From the NCBI GenBank assembly GCA_032718475.1, contig JAUCBJ010007785.1:62001-126000 (forward strand): 64,000 nucleotides of DNA, in the 5' to 3' direction. The translations under genes and the position numbers were made by a program. Numbering within the stretch: position 1 is the stretch's first letter; every line of letters starts with the position of its first letter. The notes below the pieces were generated by a model. It ran no database searches. It saw only the letters and a list, made by a program, of their open reading frames with translations, and was not told the origin of the DNA. Of this stretch, positions 39,216-50,506 are shown one piece after another. Source of the stretch: Nemertoderma westbladi (Eukaryota > Animalia > Xenacoelomorpha).

Positions 39216-42200
39216 ATTAGAGAATAAGTTGGAGGGCCAAGGTAAAGTATTGACACTTCAGCATATTCATGACATGATAGCCGCAGACGCAGTAGCAGAG
39301 ATGAAATCAAACTTCTCAGAAGAGAATATGAGGGAGTCTAAACCTGTTACCGGTAAGTCTATGGTAAGTTTTGACGACGACAGGACCACTGTGACATTTA
39401 ACTCAGTAGACAGATATAATTCGAGTACCCCAGCCTTTAGATCAGACTCGCGAGTATGGTCAGGTGAGCGGTTAGATAGACCTAGGTTAAAGCAACAGGA
39501 GTTGCCGGATGGATTTGTAGGTTGCCAATACTGTTTACTAAAGAAGGTAAGATCTGACGACCATAAGTTAGATAGTTGCAGACGGTTCAAAGAATTAAAT
39601 TCGGAACAGAGAAGAGTTCAAGTGCGGACGTTGGACACCTGTTGGGCATGTCTTGCGCCAGGCCATGTATGGCGGCAGTGCCCGAACAGCAAGGACGGAT
39701 GCATGGAATGCGGCAGACTACATCACAAGTTGCTACATGCGGATTTCCATACCCCAACGGACCGTTACTTACAGCGAAATCCTCACAGGAAGGGGAGCAA
39801 AGAACCCGTATCGATAAGGAGGAATACGTACACTGGCATCCAGGACGATGGTTACCAACCAGGTTCGTCGGACGAGGATGGCGAGTCGAGCGCGAGAGAA
39901 GTGACCTGCCAAGGTTTCACCGCGGATAGTTCATCGACCAGCGCGCGGACGTATTTATCATCGGCCACGTCGGAAATATTTAGCGTGATTCCGGTGAAAC
40001 TCACTGGCGATAAGGGATCGAAGCGAATATATGTGATGTTGGACACTGCGTCCACATTATCTTATATCGACGAGGAAGTGGCGAGAGCCGTTTCTAGCTT
40101 CCAGGACGCCGAGGAGATCCAAATAGAGTTGAAGTCTATGCACGGGGTAGGAGACCTCAATGGACACAGAATTTCGGTAGAACTAGATTCCCTACTTCCG
40201 AGAGACCAACACACTCGACAAGAACGGAAAGCTTTGCCATTGGACGGATTTAAGTGTCTAGCTATGAAGGGATTCGGCAGGCAGTTAGGTAAGGTGCCGC
40301 CGATGAGTCCCATAGCACAGGAGTATTTTGACAAGCTCAGGATACCCAGACACCAGGTAGGTTATAGGAATGTTTCTATGTTGATTGGTGCAGAACAGCT
40401 GATCGCACACCAGATATGGGAAACGAGACCAGCTGAGCCGCATGTCAATGGACCACATGCCCATAGGACTATACTAGGTTGGTATACAAGAGTACCCATG
40501 TCTTATGAGTTTACAGGTGGCGACAAGCCAATGAACAGATACGACGAATTACAGCCTATAACTCAACCACCGTTAGTAGAACCACCAGACATAGACGAGT
40601 TTAGGAGAACCTGTATTGACCACTATAGTGACTTTAGCGAGTCGGACGAGGAGTTGATTCCCGATAATGTTAGGTTGTCGGAACCACTTCACAACGACCG
40701 GACAGATAGTGAACCCGAAGACTACTGTTATCAGACCCGTGGGTCTGGTTCAGCGGCCCACGCTACTTATCTGACTAACGTTTTGACTTATACAGACATA
40801 GTGGAGGGTCAAGTGGCTAAATATCGAGACCTGGACATTTTCCAATATAGTGAGGAGGAGTTACAGAAGGAATTGATACGCCAGGACCTCGAGACAGGAG
40901 CCAGAACCGCCGAATGGCTGGATAGGGACGCAATGGAACCCGGTGGATATGACCTAGCCATGTCTACTGATGAGAAACGGTCGCTGGAGATGATGGAAGA
41001 CACCATACGTCTGCTACCGACTGGACATTTCGAAGTTGGAATGTTGTGGCGTCGACAACCACCTAAGTTGGAGAACAACTACAACTTAGCCTTGAAAAGA
41101 TTAAACGGAGTAAGGGCTCGGTTGTTGAAGAATCCAGACATTAGGGAGAAGTATTGCGCCCAGATCAACAACTATTTCGCCAAGGGATTTGCTGGGAAGG
41201 TAGAGGACCCTGACTTAGTGACAGACCAGACTTATTACCTTCCACACCACTATGTGACTCACCCTGACAAGCCAGACAAAGTCCGAGTAGTCAACGACTG
41301 CGCAGCAGTCTATAGAGGTATGTCCCTGAATTCAGAGTTGATGGACGGACCCAACCTGAACAATTATTTGATTGGAATACTGTTGCGTTTTAGACAGCGG
41401 CGATTCGCATTTACTTGTGACATCGAGGCGATGTTCCACCAGGTAAGAGCCTGTAAGGCAGACCATGATAGCCTTCGCTTTCTCTGGTACGAGAATGAAG
41501 ACTTATCCGGCCCAGTGGTTACATACCAAATGTACGTTAGGATATTTGGCGCCCGCGATAGTCCGAATGGCACGCTGTTTGTTCTAAAGAAAACGGCAAC
41601 AGCCCAGATTGGTAAGTACCCAGTAGAAGTAATCGAGTCTATATTGAGAAACTTCTATATGGACGACGGATTGGTGTCCAAGGACACGGCGGAACAAGCC
41701 ATAGAAGTGGCTCACGGCCTGCAGGAGTGCTTGGCTACAGGGGGTTTTCCTCTGACCAAGTTCACTACCAATTCGGAGGCCCTATTAGAATCGTTCCCGG
41801 TGAAAGATCGCGGGAGCGGAGACATAGAATTGGGGGTAGAACCAATCCCCATGGCGCGAGTACTGGGACTCGCTTGGAACCCGAACTCAGACAAGTTCCA
41901 GGTAAGAGTTAGATTTGAGCCCAGTAGCCCAGACAAAGTTTTGACTAAGAGGATTTGCTTATCGACATTGAGTAGACTATTTGACCCGATGAACTTTATC
42001 AGTCCGGTTATATTACAGGCACGAGCGTGCATGAGGAAAATTTGGTTGTCCGACTTAGAGTGGGACGAACCAATATCTCCTATACATGCAAAGCAGTGGA
42101 GGGAGTGGGAAGCCGAGTTGCATCTATTGAAAAATATAGATGTACCCCGTTCCTACTTTCCGAATCAGCTGGTATTCCCAGCTGATTTAGAGCTCCACCT

Positions 42201-44631
42201 ATTTAGTGACGCAAGTGACACCGGCTTTGGTATGGTAGCCTACCTTCGCCGAGAGGTAAGTCAGGACAAGTTTGAGACGGCCTTTGTAACTTCCAGATCA
42301 AAGACAATGCCGGTCAAATACATGACTGTCCCTCGTGCAGAGTTACAGGCGGCTGTAGTCTCAGTCGAGGTAAGTAAGCAAATAACTGAGGAGTTAGACA
42401 CGACATTGACCTTATTCTATTGGACGGACGCATCCTTGGTGTTAGTATACATTGCGGCCGACAATATTGCACTAAAGACATTTGTGGCCAACAGACGCGC
42501 TCAAATCGTTGACTTTTCGACGAAGGAACAGTGGAGACATTGTCCGGGAGTGTTGAACCCGGCCGACATAACTTCGAGAGGTGCAATGCCGGCGGAATTC
42601 TGTCAGGAAGAGTCGCAGGAGTTTTGGTTGCATGGACCTGATTTTCTAACGAGGACACAGGAACATTGGCCAGAGCGACTAAAGATAGTGACCAATCCGA
42701 TGCCTGAAGATGCAGAAGTCAAAGTGGAGAAAGTCTCTAAGTCGAAGTCTAAAGCCAAACTTAAGTCATTGGAGCGGCCTGAAGAGTCACTGGAGCGGCC
42801 TGAAGAGTCATTGGAGCGGCCCGGAGACCTGTCAGACCAACAGACTTACGTGACTACTAGGTCCGGAAGGGTAAGTTATGACATAAAACCACCCTTACAG
42901 ACTAAACCGGAGTCACAGTTGGTAAGTGACGGACAGAAAATGACCGACAAAATGGAGTCTTTGGTTTCCAAACCTGCGGGTTTGGATTCGAAACTTCCAT
43001 TAACTAGCGGACAACCGTCGCTGGCATTAGAGCCATGTAGTATTTATGACAAATTACTAAATTCGTCTGCCTCTTGGCTGACAATTTGTAAAAGAACTGC
43101 GTGGTTAAGCCGATACATTTTGTACCTTTGTTTAAAACATTCGAAACATTTGAGAGAACGAACGAGCACCAATAGTGAGCGAATTCGAAAATTGAAACAA
43201 CCTCTGACAGAGGATGAGATTGATCAAGCGGAATTAAAGCATTTGAAACATTATCAGATGTGTGCCTTCCCTAAAGAATTCCATCTATTATCGGCTCAAC
43301 GACCAGTTCTCTATAAACCCCTTAGAAAATGGAGTCCATTAATCCATAAGGGTTTAATTTGTCATAGATCGAGAATCCAGACTGTCGACATAAACTCACA
43401 GTTTAGGTTCCCAGTGATAATCCCTAGTCACCCAATAGAATTGCAAAGAGCGATTTTATGGGATATACACAAGAGGTTGCATCACGCGGGAAAGTTACAC
43501 TGTTTGTCGGCAGCGAGACAGCGATTCATTCTATTGCAGCCAAGCAGGGCAGTCGGCACTATGTACGACGCCTGTCTGGTTTGCAGGAGGGTGAACGCCA
43601 GAGTATTGGAACAGGAGATGGCTGAACTCCCGGAAGCGAGAGTGCAGGCATATGACCCACCCTTTACGAACACAGGGGTGGACTGTTTTGGTCCGATTGA
43701 AGCAAAGAGTGGACGGCTGACCCACAAACGATGGGGTCTGCTACTGACATGCATGGCTAGTAGAGCCATACACATTGAGCGTGTGGCAGACATGTCGACC
43801 AAATCTCTGCTCCTGGCCTTAAAGAGATTTATGGCCAGGAGAGGACTAGTAAAGGCGTTCTACTCCGATAAGGGTACAAACTTTGTCGGAGGGAATAGCG
43901 AGTTGAACGCGGCTCATAAAGCGGCACAGAATAAGGAAATTTCTGCAGCACTTTTGCCGCAACGAATAGAGTGGAGATTTAATACTCCAGAAAGTCCTTG
44001 GAGAGGAGGAAGTTGGGAGCGTTTAGTTCGCTCTGTAAAACAGGCCATTGCCAAAACATTGCCTGTAAACAAACAACTTACCGACGACGAGCTGGTCACA
44101 GCTTTCATCGAAATCGAGCATACATTAAACTCGAGGCCGATAGCCATGTTGCCAGACGGTGTTGCATTAACGCCGAATCATTTGCTAATGCAGAGTCCAG
44201 CGTTTCTTGTGCCGGCATCAGAACCCATTAGTGCCGACCTATATAGTCGTAAAAGCTGGAAAGTGACACAGTTTGTGGCGTACACATTCTGGGAATATTG
44301 GCGGGAATACTATCTTCCCACCATATCCACCAGAACAAAGTGGTACAAAACGGTTCGGAGTCTCCAAAGGGGAGATTACGTATTGATAACCGAACCGATT
44401 GTCAAGAGAAAGTATTGGGAGACTGGAGTGATCTTGCACACACACCCAGACGTGCAAAACATAGTGCGCACAGTCACTGTGAAAATTAGGTGCAAGTGTC
44501 CGCACCCAAAGAAGTGTAAAACTAATGGTTTACACACCTTGGACCGACCAGTCCAAGATATCGTGTTATTAGAGGAGACACGTATCGAGACGGGAGATTA
44601 TAATTTGTCTCCTGCCTCAAAACAGAATTAG
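39169..44631 (+). CDS. pol: BEL/Pao Gag C-terminus plus Pol (zinc knuckles, protease, RT, RNase H, integrase)
   Basis: Three Cys/His knuckles; LDTAS; YYLPHH, DIEAMFHQV, FYMDD; FSDAS, FYWTDA, NPADITSRG; HHAG..CLVC, GVDCFGP, SDKGTNF, GGSWERLV. Confidence 0.96.
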   Translation: MVIRRLNMRYRQKWRKLENKLEGQGKVLTLQHIHDMIAADAVAEMKSNFSEENMRESKPVTGKSMVSFDDDRTTVTFNSVDRYNSSTPAFRSDSRVWSGERLDRPRLKQQELPDGFVGCQYCLLKKVRSDDHKLDSCRRFKELNSEQRRVQVRTLDTCWACLAPGHVWRQCPNSKDGCMECGRLHHKLLHADFHTPTDRYLQRNPHRKGSKEPVSIRRNTYTGIQDDGYQPGSSDEDGESSAREVTCQGFTADSSSTSARTYLSSATSEIFSVIPVKLTGDKGSKRIYVMLDTASTLSYIDEEVARAVSSFQDAEEIQIELKSMHGVGDLNGHRISVELDSLLPRDQHTRQERKALPLDGFKCLAMKGFGRQLGKVPPMSPIAQEYFDKLRIPRHQVGYRNVSMLIGAEQLIAHQIWETRPAEPHVNGPHAHRTILGWYTRVPMSYEFTGGDKPMNRYDELQPITQPPLVEPPDIDEFRRTCIDHYSDFSESDEELIPDNVRLSEPLHNDRTDSEPEDYCYQTRGSGSAAHATYLTNVLTYTDIVEGQVAKYRDLDIFQYSEEELQKELIRQDLETGARTAEWLDRDAMEPGGYDLAMSTDEKRSLEMMEDTIRLLPTGHFEVGMLWRRQPPKLENNYNLALKRLNGVRARLLKNPDIREKYCAQINNYFAKGFAGKVEDPDLVTDQTYYLPHHYVTHPDKPDKVRVVNDCAAVYRGMSLNSELMDGPNLNNYLIGILLRFRQRRFAFTCDIEAMFHQVRACKADHDSLRFLWYENEDLSGPVVTYQMYVRIFGARDSPNGTLFVLKKTATAQIGKYPVEVIESILRNFYMDDGLVSKDTAEQAIEVAHGLQECLATGGFPLTKFTTNSEALLESFPVKDRGSGDIELGVEPIPMARVLGLAWNPNSDKFQVRVRFEPSSPDKVLTKRICLSTLSRLFDPMNFISPVILQARACMRKIWLSDLEWDEPISPIHAKQWREWEAELHLLKNIDVPRSYFPNQLVFPADLELHLFSDASDTGFGMVAYLRREVSQDKFETAFVTSRSKTMPVKYMTVPRAELQAAVVSVEVSKQITEELDTTLTLFYWTDASLVLVYIAADNIALKTFVANRRAQIVDFSTKEQWRHCPGVLNPADITSRGAMPAEFCQEESQEFWLHGPDFLTRTQEHWPERLKIVTNPMPEDAEVKVEKVSKSKSKAKLKSLERPEESLERPEESLERPGDLSDQQTYVTTRSGRVSYDIKPPLQTKPESQLVSDGQKMTDKMESLVSKPAGLDSKLPLTSGQPSLALEPCSIYDKLLNSSASWLTICKRTAWLSRYILYLCLKHSKHLRERTSTNSERIRKLKQPLTEDEIDQAELKHLKHYQMCAFPKEFHLLSAQRPVLYKPLRKWSPLIHKGLICHRSRIQTVDINSQFRFPVIIPSHPIELQRAILWDIHKRLHHAGKLHCLSAARQRFILLQPSRAVGTMYDACLVCRRVNARVLEQEMAELPEARVQAYDPPFTNTGVDCFGPIEAKSGRLTHKRWGLLLTCMASRAIHIERVADMSTKSLLLALKRFMARRGLVKAFYSDKGTNFVGGNSELNAAHKAAQNKEISAALLPQRIEWRFNTPESPWRGGSWERLVRSVKQAIAKTLPVNKQLTDDELVTAFIEIEHTLNSRPIAMLPDGVALTPNHLLMQSPAFLVPASEPISADLYSRKSWKVTQFVAYTFWEYWREYYLPTISTRTKWYKTVRSLQRGDYVLITEPIVKRKYWETGVILHTHPDVQNIVRTVTVKIRCKCPHPKKCKTNGLHTLDRPVQDIVLLEETRIETGDYNLSPASKQN

Positions 44632-45372
44632 TGTTGGACGCAACTCACTTCGTATGCATTCCTCGTATGCAAATACAAGGAAATGCATAGGAGCGGGGTT
44701 GTGGTGATTTGCGTTGAGTTTTGTCTGGTGGGTATCAAAACAAAATTTTATTTCAAAATTTTAAAAAATTAGAAGTGAACCCAAGACAATTCCAGACGCT
44801 GTGTATAGACGCGTTTTAGAATTCGTCTATAGATAAACAGTAATTTGAAAAGTTGTGAAGCCTGGAAAATAGCATTTAGAAACCATGGTGACGGCTATAT
44901 TACGTAGGAGTGTAAATTGAGTTTAGCAACTTCCACAGATTGGTGCCAACAGTGCAACTAAAGTGCTAAAGGTTAGTAGCACCAGAGGCGTACATGGACC
45001 TCACTCAGTAGTTTGCAGTGATGTGTGATGTTCGATTATCAAACCTGTGGGTTTGGTATAGTCGAGTATTGTGGCTATAGTCCTTTCTAACTACTGTAGT
45101 TTAGTACGAGTAATGGGAGTAGATTGGGCATCAAAAAGTGAGTTGGTCACGGCCAGTTTATCTCCAAAGTTTTTGCGCTATGCATGGGAATAGGTTAGAG
45201 GATAGTTAGGAAGAGACGGGATCTAGAGAGTCGAACCTGAACTGCTGGAAGGCAGCGGGGGGGGGGGTTCGGGAGGTCTGTCCTTCGGCGACATCTAACT
45301 GATTACCCACAGTGTAATTGGTTTGCGTAACGGAACACTTATTGGGATATATATGTATATACGCGAGGCATA

Positions 45373-46065
45373 ATGGAGAGGGATATTAGAGCGCAACCGC
45401 GCAGAGGATTTACTGCCAGAGAGGAGGCGGAGCTACCATTCGCGCGACCAGGATGTAAAGACTCTAATGTTTACTACCATGGGCGGTCGGTGATGGAGCT
45501 AAATGGGAAATACAAACCCACGATTCCCGACCGACTAGACGAGCAACATCCAGAACCGATATTAACGCGATGTCCAGCTCACCAATTCCTTAGATATAAC
45601 GAGGGAGGTTACCCGATGAGCAACCCGATGATCAGTATCGACTTCAGCGGAAAGCGACCTCCGAGACCCATTACGCCGACCGTTACAACATTAGATCCGT
45701 ATACGGAGATTAAACCCTGTTCGACACCCAGTTTGATAGAGACGGCAGCGGCCATTTCGCTGTACCGAGCCTATAAGGATATAGAGGCGCGGCGCGAAGC
45801 GGCGCGGGACTCGGGTACCAAACCCGCGGGTTTGGAGCTCTCGAGTCCCTGGACTGCGTTTACTTCACTTCACCAGGAGAGGAAACTCACGCCTGAGTAT
45901 CCAGACGAGATTCGCGCCATCCATCCGTCTACTAACCACACCCACGATCCACGGTTTATACGATATTTACTCCAAATTATTTCGGGAAGTTTCGACGCAC
46001 GTATTATTAAGCCCGAATCTGTCCAATCCTTTATATATCATCGTCGCTCTGATATATACGTCTAG
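45373..46065 (+). CDS. Additional ORF of the retrotransposon (230 aa), unknown function
   Basis: ATG-initiated, GC-richer than its flanks, between pol and the 3' LTR; no evident signal peptide or TM segment. Confidence 0.55.
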   Translation: MERDIRAQPRRGFTAREEAELPFARPGCKDSNVYYHGRSVMELNGKYKPTIPDRLDEQHPEPILTRCPAHQFLRYNEGGYPMSNPMISIDFSGKRPPRPITPTVTTLDPYTEIKPCSTPSLIETAAAISLYRAYKDIEARREAARDSGTKPAGLELSSPWTAFTSLHQERKLTPEYPDEIRAIHPSTNHTHDPRFIRYLLQIISGSFDARIIKPESVQSFIYHRRSDIYV

Positions 46066-47017
46066 ATTTATTACCCAGCGCACAATTGGCGGCCTAAGGA
46101 GACTCGTTTGGGGTCATTGACCTCTGAACGAGTGGAGGATCAGGACCGCTGCGCCCACAGCGACAACAGCCGGAGCTCACAGCTCGCGGCAAGTACCAGA
46201 AGGAGGAGTCCTTGGCAAGCGCCAAGCCAAGGACGAGCAGTTCTATTCGACGGTTGAAGAAAAGGAGTTGGCAGAGGCGCCCACAGGGACACGGCAAATG
46301 GGACGAGGCCGAGGGAGGAGCACCAGTCAGGAGATAGTCGGTGCCCAGGGAACGTCGTCGCCGGTTCTGGGAAGTGACGCCTCAAGGACGCCGTCAACAG
46401 AGTCTACAAGGGGTAGACTGGTGTATCTGGGGAGGGGACAAACGAGAGGAGCGAGCCCGAGAGACCCAGGAGCTAGCCGATGAGACTATAATATCACGGA
46501 GCGACAAACTCTAGACATATACATCATCGTCGCTCTGATGTATATCGTAGGTTTTGATCAATCATTCGACTGGACTCATATACACTAGTCGTATCCATAT
46601 TTTAGAATTTTATTTTCGAAGGCCAAAAATATTGAAAGGAAATAATTTTATTTTATACCTATACTATATTTGATTTTGTGTATATGACTTTATTTGCTCT
46701 AAAGTTTATTGAAAGAGGCAAAGGAAGTGATTGGGGAGACAAACCCGCGGGTTTGGCTTACTCCTTTCACTTACCTGAGCAATCATCAAACCAAGATGAT
46801 TTGCGCTTTTATAAGAAATTAAGTAAAGTCCGAAAATGAAAGAAATTATTACGTATTTTATATTTAATTTGATTATCGGCCTTTAATGCAATTTAGTTAA
46901 AAATCTAGCCTCAAATACGTTTATATTTAGTTTATCTTGTTAATGTTGATCGTTAATTTGAGATGGGAAATGGGGGACATTGTCCTAGCCATGTTCCATT
47001 TCAATAGGTAGACAGTC

Positions 47018-47216
47018 AATTTGTAAATAAATAAAGGAAGTAATATTTTGTAAATTTAATTTTGTATGTAGTAATCATTATGTAGAACGAATGAGAAACA
47101 ATATTTGTAAATTTAATTTGTATGTAATAATCGTTAACAATGAGAGAGATAATATTTTGTAAATTTAATTTGTATGCAATTCATTATGCAATATCTATAG
47201 CAATATTTGTAAATAG
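47018..47216 (+). repeat. AT-rich imperfect direct repeats (AATATTTTGTAAATTTAATTTGTATG) in the retroelement 3' UTR
   Basis: Three clear copies near 47042, 47099 and 47151, plus partial copies. Confidence 0.75.
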
Positions 47217-47333
47217 TAGGATTTATAGTATCAAGTATTTAGATTAGTTGGAAGAAATTTATTTTGTTTGTATACATCACCTTATACTCTTCTACAATTG
47301 GAGGGAAACATTATATGATTTCCCTTGGAGCGG

Positions 47334-49428
47334 TGTTTCGGTATATGGCGCTGTATCCACATTATTAGCCATTATGCAGTATAATATATTAGTCCGTTAT
47401 ACTGTACACAATATTAGTCCGTTATACTGTATGTAATATTAGTCCGTTGTGCAGCATAATATTTTAGATAAGGCATAATAACGCAGTAGTATTTAGATAG
47501 GGAAATCGAAACACCCATATATTTGAATCCATCCATTTTGTATAGTATGTAGCCCTACCTACGTAATTTTGTATTAGGATATATGTAGATAGTTCCAGGG
47601 TAGCGAGTTTATTCGGACCCTGGATTTTGTGCTTGCTGATATTAGCATCGATAGGGCTAGCATATAGGGACGCTGTCCTGGCCACTCAGCAGCCAGGGAC
47701 GTGAACCATTACCATATATGGTAATAATTTGAGGTTTGGGCAGGCAATAGGGCTACAATCCGGCCTCCTTATTGGACTAACTGCTTCCAGGTTGGTCTAA
47801 TGCTAGCACGGACTGGAGAGCCAATAGGAGAGCGATTGAGTCACCCTATTGCATCACCCCATCCGGATCACCTATAAATTGGCGGTGTGCCGGTAGAGCC
47901 TTACTGTGTACCATGACACCTCACATGATCTGCTATCACCCTTGTACTTGCTGAGCTGTCTATATTCATTTTACGGATATTTTAGCGTATTTCTGCAATT
48001 TGCTATTTTCGATTAATTTCTCAAAATGCTTTGCTAGTGCGATTACTCTTGATTGTGTTTCTCAATTAATTCCTTCGATTACTGCAAATTACAACTGGAA
48101 CTATGATTTCTACCTTTTGATTAATGGTTCTATGTGATTCCTTTCTGCGCAATAATCCTAAGGGATTTCTGACACTGTCAGACTTTGTGATTTGCATGCG
48201 CCGCTACGGTAGCTATTAGCATAATGGAGGGCTAAGGCGCCAGTGGGCGGTGGGCACATCGGGGGGTTAGCGACGAAGGGAGCGGAGGATTCAAAGGCGA
48301 GCAACGCTGGCGGGGGGTCACCGTTGCGGTCGGGCAATTTGCATTGTAGCGTGGGGGCAGCTCGCTGGTACAGTAATTAGGGGGCTGATGATCCAGGTTT
48401 TGTCTCTATTTAGTATTAGGGGGGCAGGAATTGGGTTAGTTAGGAAGCCTAGATGTACCCGGGAGAGGTCTGCGTGCTTTACAATTGCGAATTGCATGTA
48501 TTGCGAATTATTATATTGTGCTGTGTAATTGCTAATTGCGTGCATTGCGGATTGTACAATTGTGAATCGCGCATTGCGAGCTGTGATTGCTGACGCTGAT
48601 TGGTGTGTTACTAAAGTGTGCCTAAGATTACGAATGCTTAGATAGGCGCTCTTTTCCCTTTGATTGATTTCTATCTCTTAGTTTACTGTAAATAATTACT
48701 GATTAGGTCAAAGTAATACAGTATTTTAGGCTGTTACATATTTGTGACTGTAATTAATTAGTAAAATTAAGAATTAGTACGCAGCATAGCGGAGAGTAGC
48801 TAAGGTAATAATTAGAGTACCGTAAACTATTCACGCTGAGCGGTTATTTGAATTAGCGGGCAATAAGCTAGATAGCAGTATTCAGTACGCAAAACGCATT
48901 AGTAATTTGCTGGCCTAAAGCCAGCCGCAGACAAGTTTAGTCCCACTATAGGTATTAGCCCTAATAAACACTGTACCACTTTGATTATTTTAAATATTCT
49001 CGCATTCACACATTCCGTTAGGGAACCCCCAGTATTCGCGATTAGAAAAGACGTAGGCATTGGCGTACTTTAACAGTAAGATTAGGCGTAAGAATATACT
49101 CTGAGTGTAAAACCTCTCACACTCGTTTTAAGTCAGCTTAGGGAGCCGATTCGGGTTTGTTGTTTTAGTTATTCCCGCGTGGCTCATATATTCGAACAGT
49201 TAGCTCTCTATCGAGTAATTGGTAGAGAAAGGAACAAGAAATTAGCAGGAGCCGTAGAAAATTAGTAAAACATATTAGCGGACGGCAGGTTAGCGCCATC
49301 TAACGGTAAGTAGCGGTTTTGTATTTAGCAGCCCCTCACATTAGCAATAATACGCTCCTGATTGCCCTGTCTAATAAATAGAGCAGTTTTGTGTCTTTAT
49401 TGGTTAGGCCGGGGTAGTATGTTTAACA
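47334..49428 (+). repeat. 3' LTR (2095 bp)
   Basis: Near-identical to 33147-35241; followed by TSD GATGG. Confidence 0.97.
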
Positions 49429-49710
49429 GATGGGTAGGAGGGTTGAACCACTCTCCTATTGGTTGTTCTGGCTACGTATGTACAGATAATGGTGTTTTAC
49501 ATGTAAACATAAATACATTGAATCAGAATAAATATTTGAATTTTGTATTCAAGATTTTTTCCGAGCCTTCGGTAATTACATACATATATAATATATAAAA
49601 GTTAGATTATATATTAGAATATAAGATATTAATCTCGATTGTTGTTAATGTTGATAATTATTGATTAAAAATGGTAAAAGGTGTGAATATAGTATAACAT
49701 AAGGGCTTAA

Positions 49711-50385
49711 CCCTTTCATGCCGGCACGCGGGCATTGCCCGCGCATTGGTGTTCGGCGGGCGGGCATTGCCCGCGCTGTATAATGCTTTATTATAGGTCT
49801 TGCTAAGGCGCCGGTTTCAACAAGAAAGATAAAGTTAAATAGCCGGGGAAACAGCTTTGCCTTAAATGCAAGCTATAAATATAATATTACATGCTATACT
49901 GTAAACTGATTGGTCAATATTTCATTATTATGACTTTAGTCAGGCTCGGAAAGCTACTGTAGGATTGAGTTGAGAGAAACATTATTTTATATATTTTAGA
50001 ATTATTTTTTAATTTAATTTAATTATTTTATAATTATTGTGTTATTGCTAAAAGACAAATATACAGTAAATGGCACCCGCAAAAGCCTCTACATAGAAAA
50101 TAGTGCGCAATTATGTTGTAGTTATATTAGAACAGTATCTTAGTTCTAGTATTTGTTGATAAATCTGATTTGATTTTATAAGAGACAAAAGTAACACATT
50201 GCCTAAAGTATCACAAACATGCATTCACGGAATCTAAAAAGTATTTTATTGGAATCAGCAGCCTCGAAAACCCCTAACAAGCATAATTCTGTCTCAATAT
50301 TCCGAAGAACCTTTCAAGTCAATTTTTTGTCCAAAATGCGCCGGTTTCAGGAGCTGGTCAAATTTAACTAGCCGGCATGAAGGGG
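49711..50385. mobile_element. piggyBac-like MITE (675 bp)
   Basis: TTAA on both sides (49707-49710, 50386-50389); TIRs CCCTTTCATGCCGGC / GCCGGCATGAAGGGG (14/15); two subterminal GCGGGCATTGCCCGC palindromes. Confidence 0.9.
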
Positions 50386-50506
50386 TTAAAACTTAAAATT
50401 TCCAAAAGTAACCATAACAAACACAATGCAACAACGCAAACTGCATAATAAAATAAAATAAAAATGAAATGTATATTATTTGGTTAGATGGGGGGAGGAG
50501 ACTTAC

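Larger units (their letters stand above)
33147..49428 (+). mobile_element. Full-length BEL/Pao LTR retrotransposon (16,282 bp), antisense in a GPCR intron
   Basis: Two 2095-bp LTRs (TGTT...AACA), 5-bp TSD GATGG (33142-33146, 49429-49433), gag with three zinc knuckles then PR-RT-RH-IN. Confidence 0.97.
32752..49458. mobile_element. Small (~0.42 kb) non-autonomous DNA element split by the LTR retrotransposon (pieces 32752-33146 and 49429-49458)
   Basis: Ends TAGGGGAGA.../...TCTCCTA; the motif AGGGTTGAACC recurs at ~32767, 33121 and 49439, on both sides of the insertion. Confidence 0.5.

Noticed and set aside
37298-44505. Antisense and alternate-frame ORFs within gag-pol
   Set aside because: Shadows of the coding strand and its coiled-coil repeats.
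44941-44952. TGGTGCC as a tRNA-His-like primer-binding site
   Set aside because: Not adjacent to an LTR; better explained as part of the long-range pairing with the leader.
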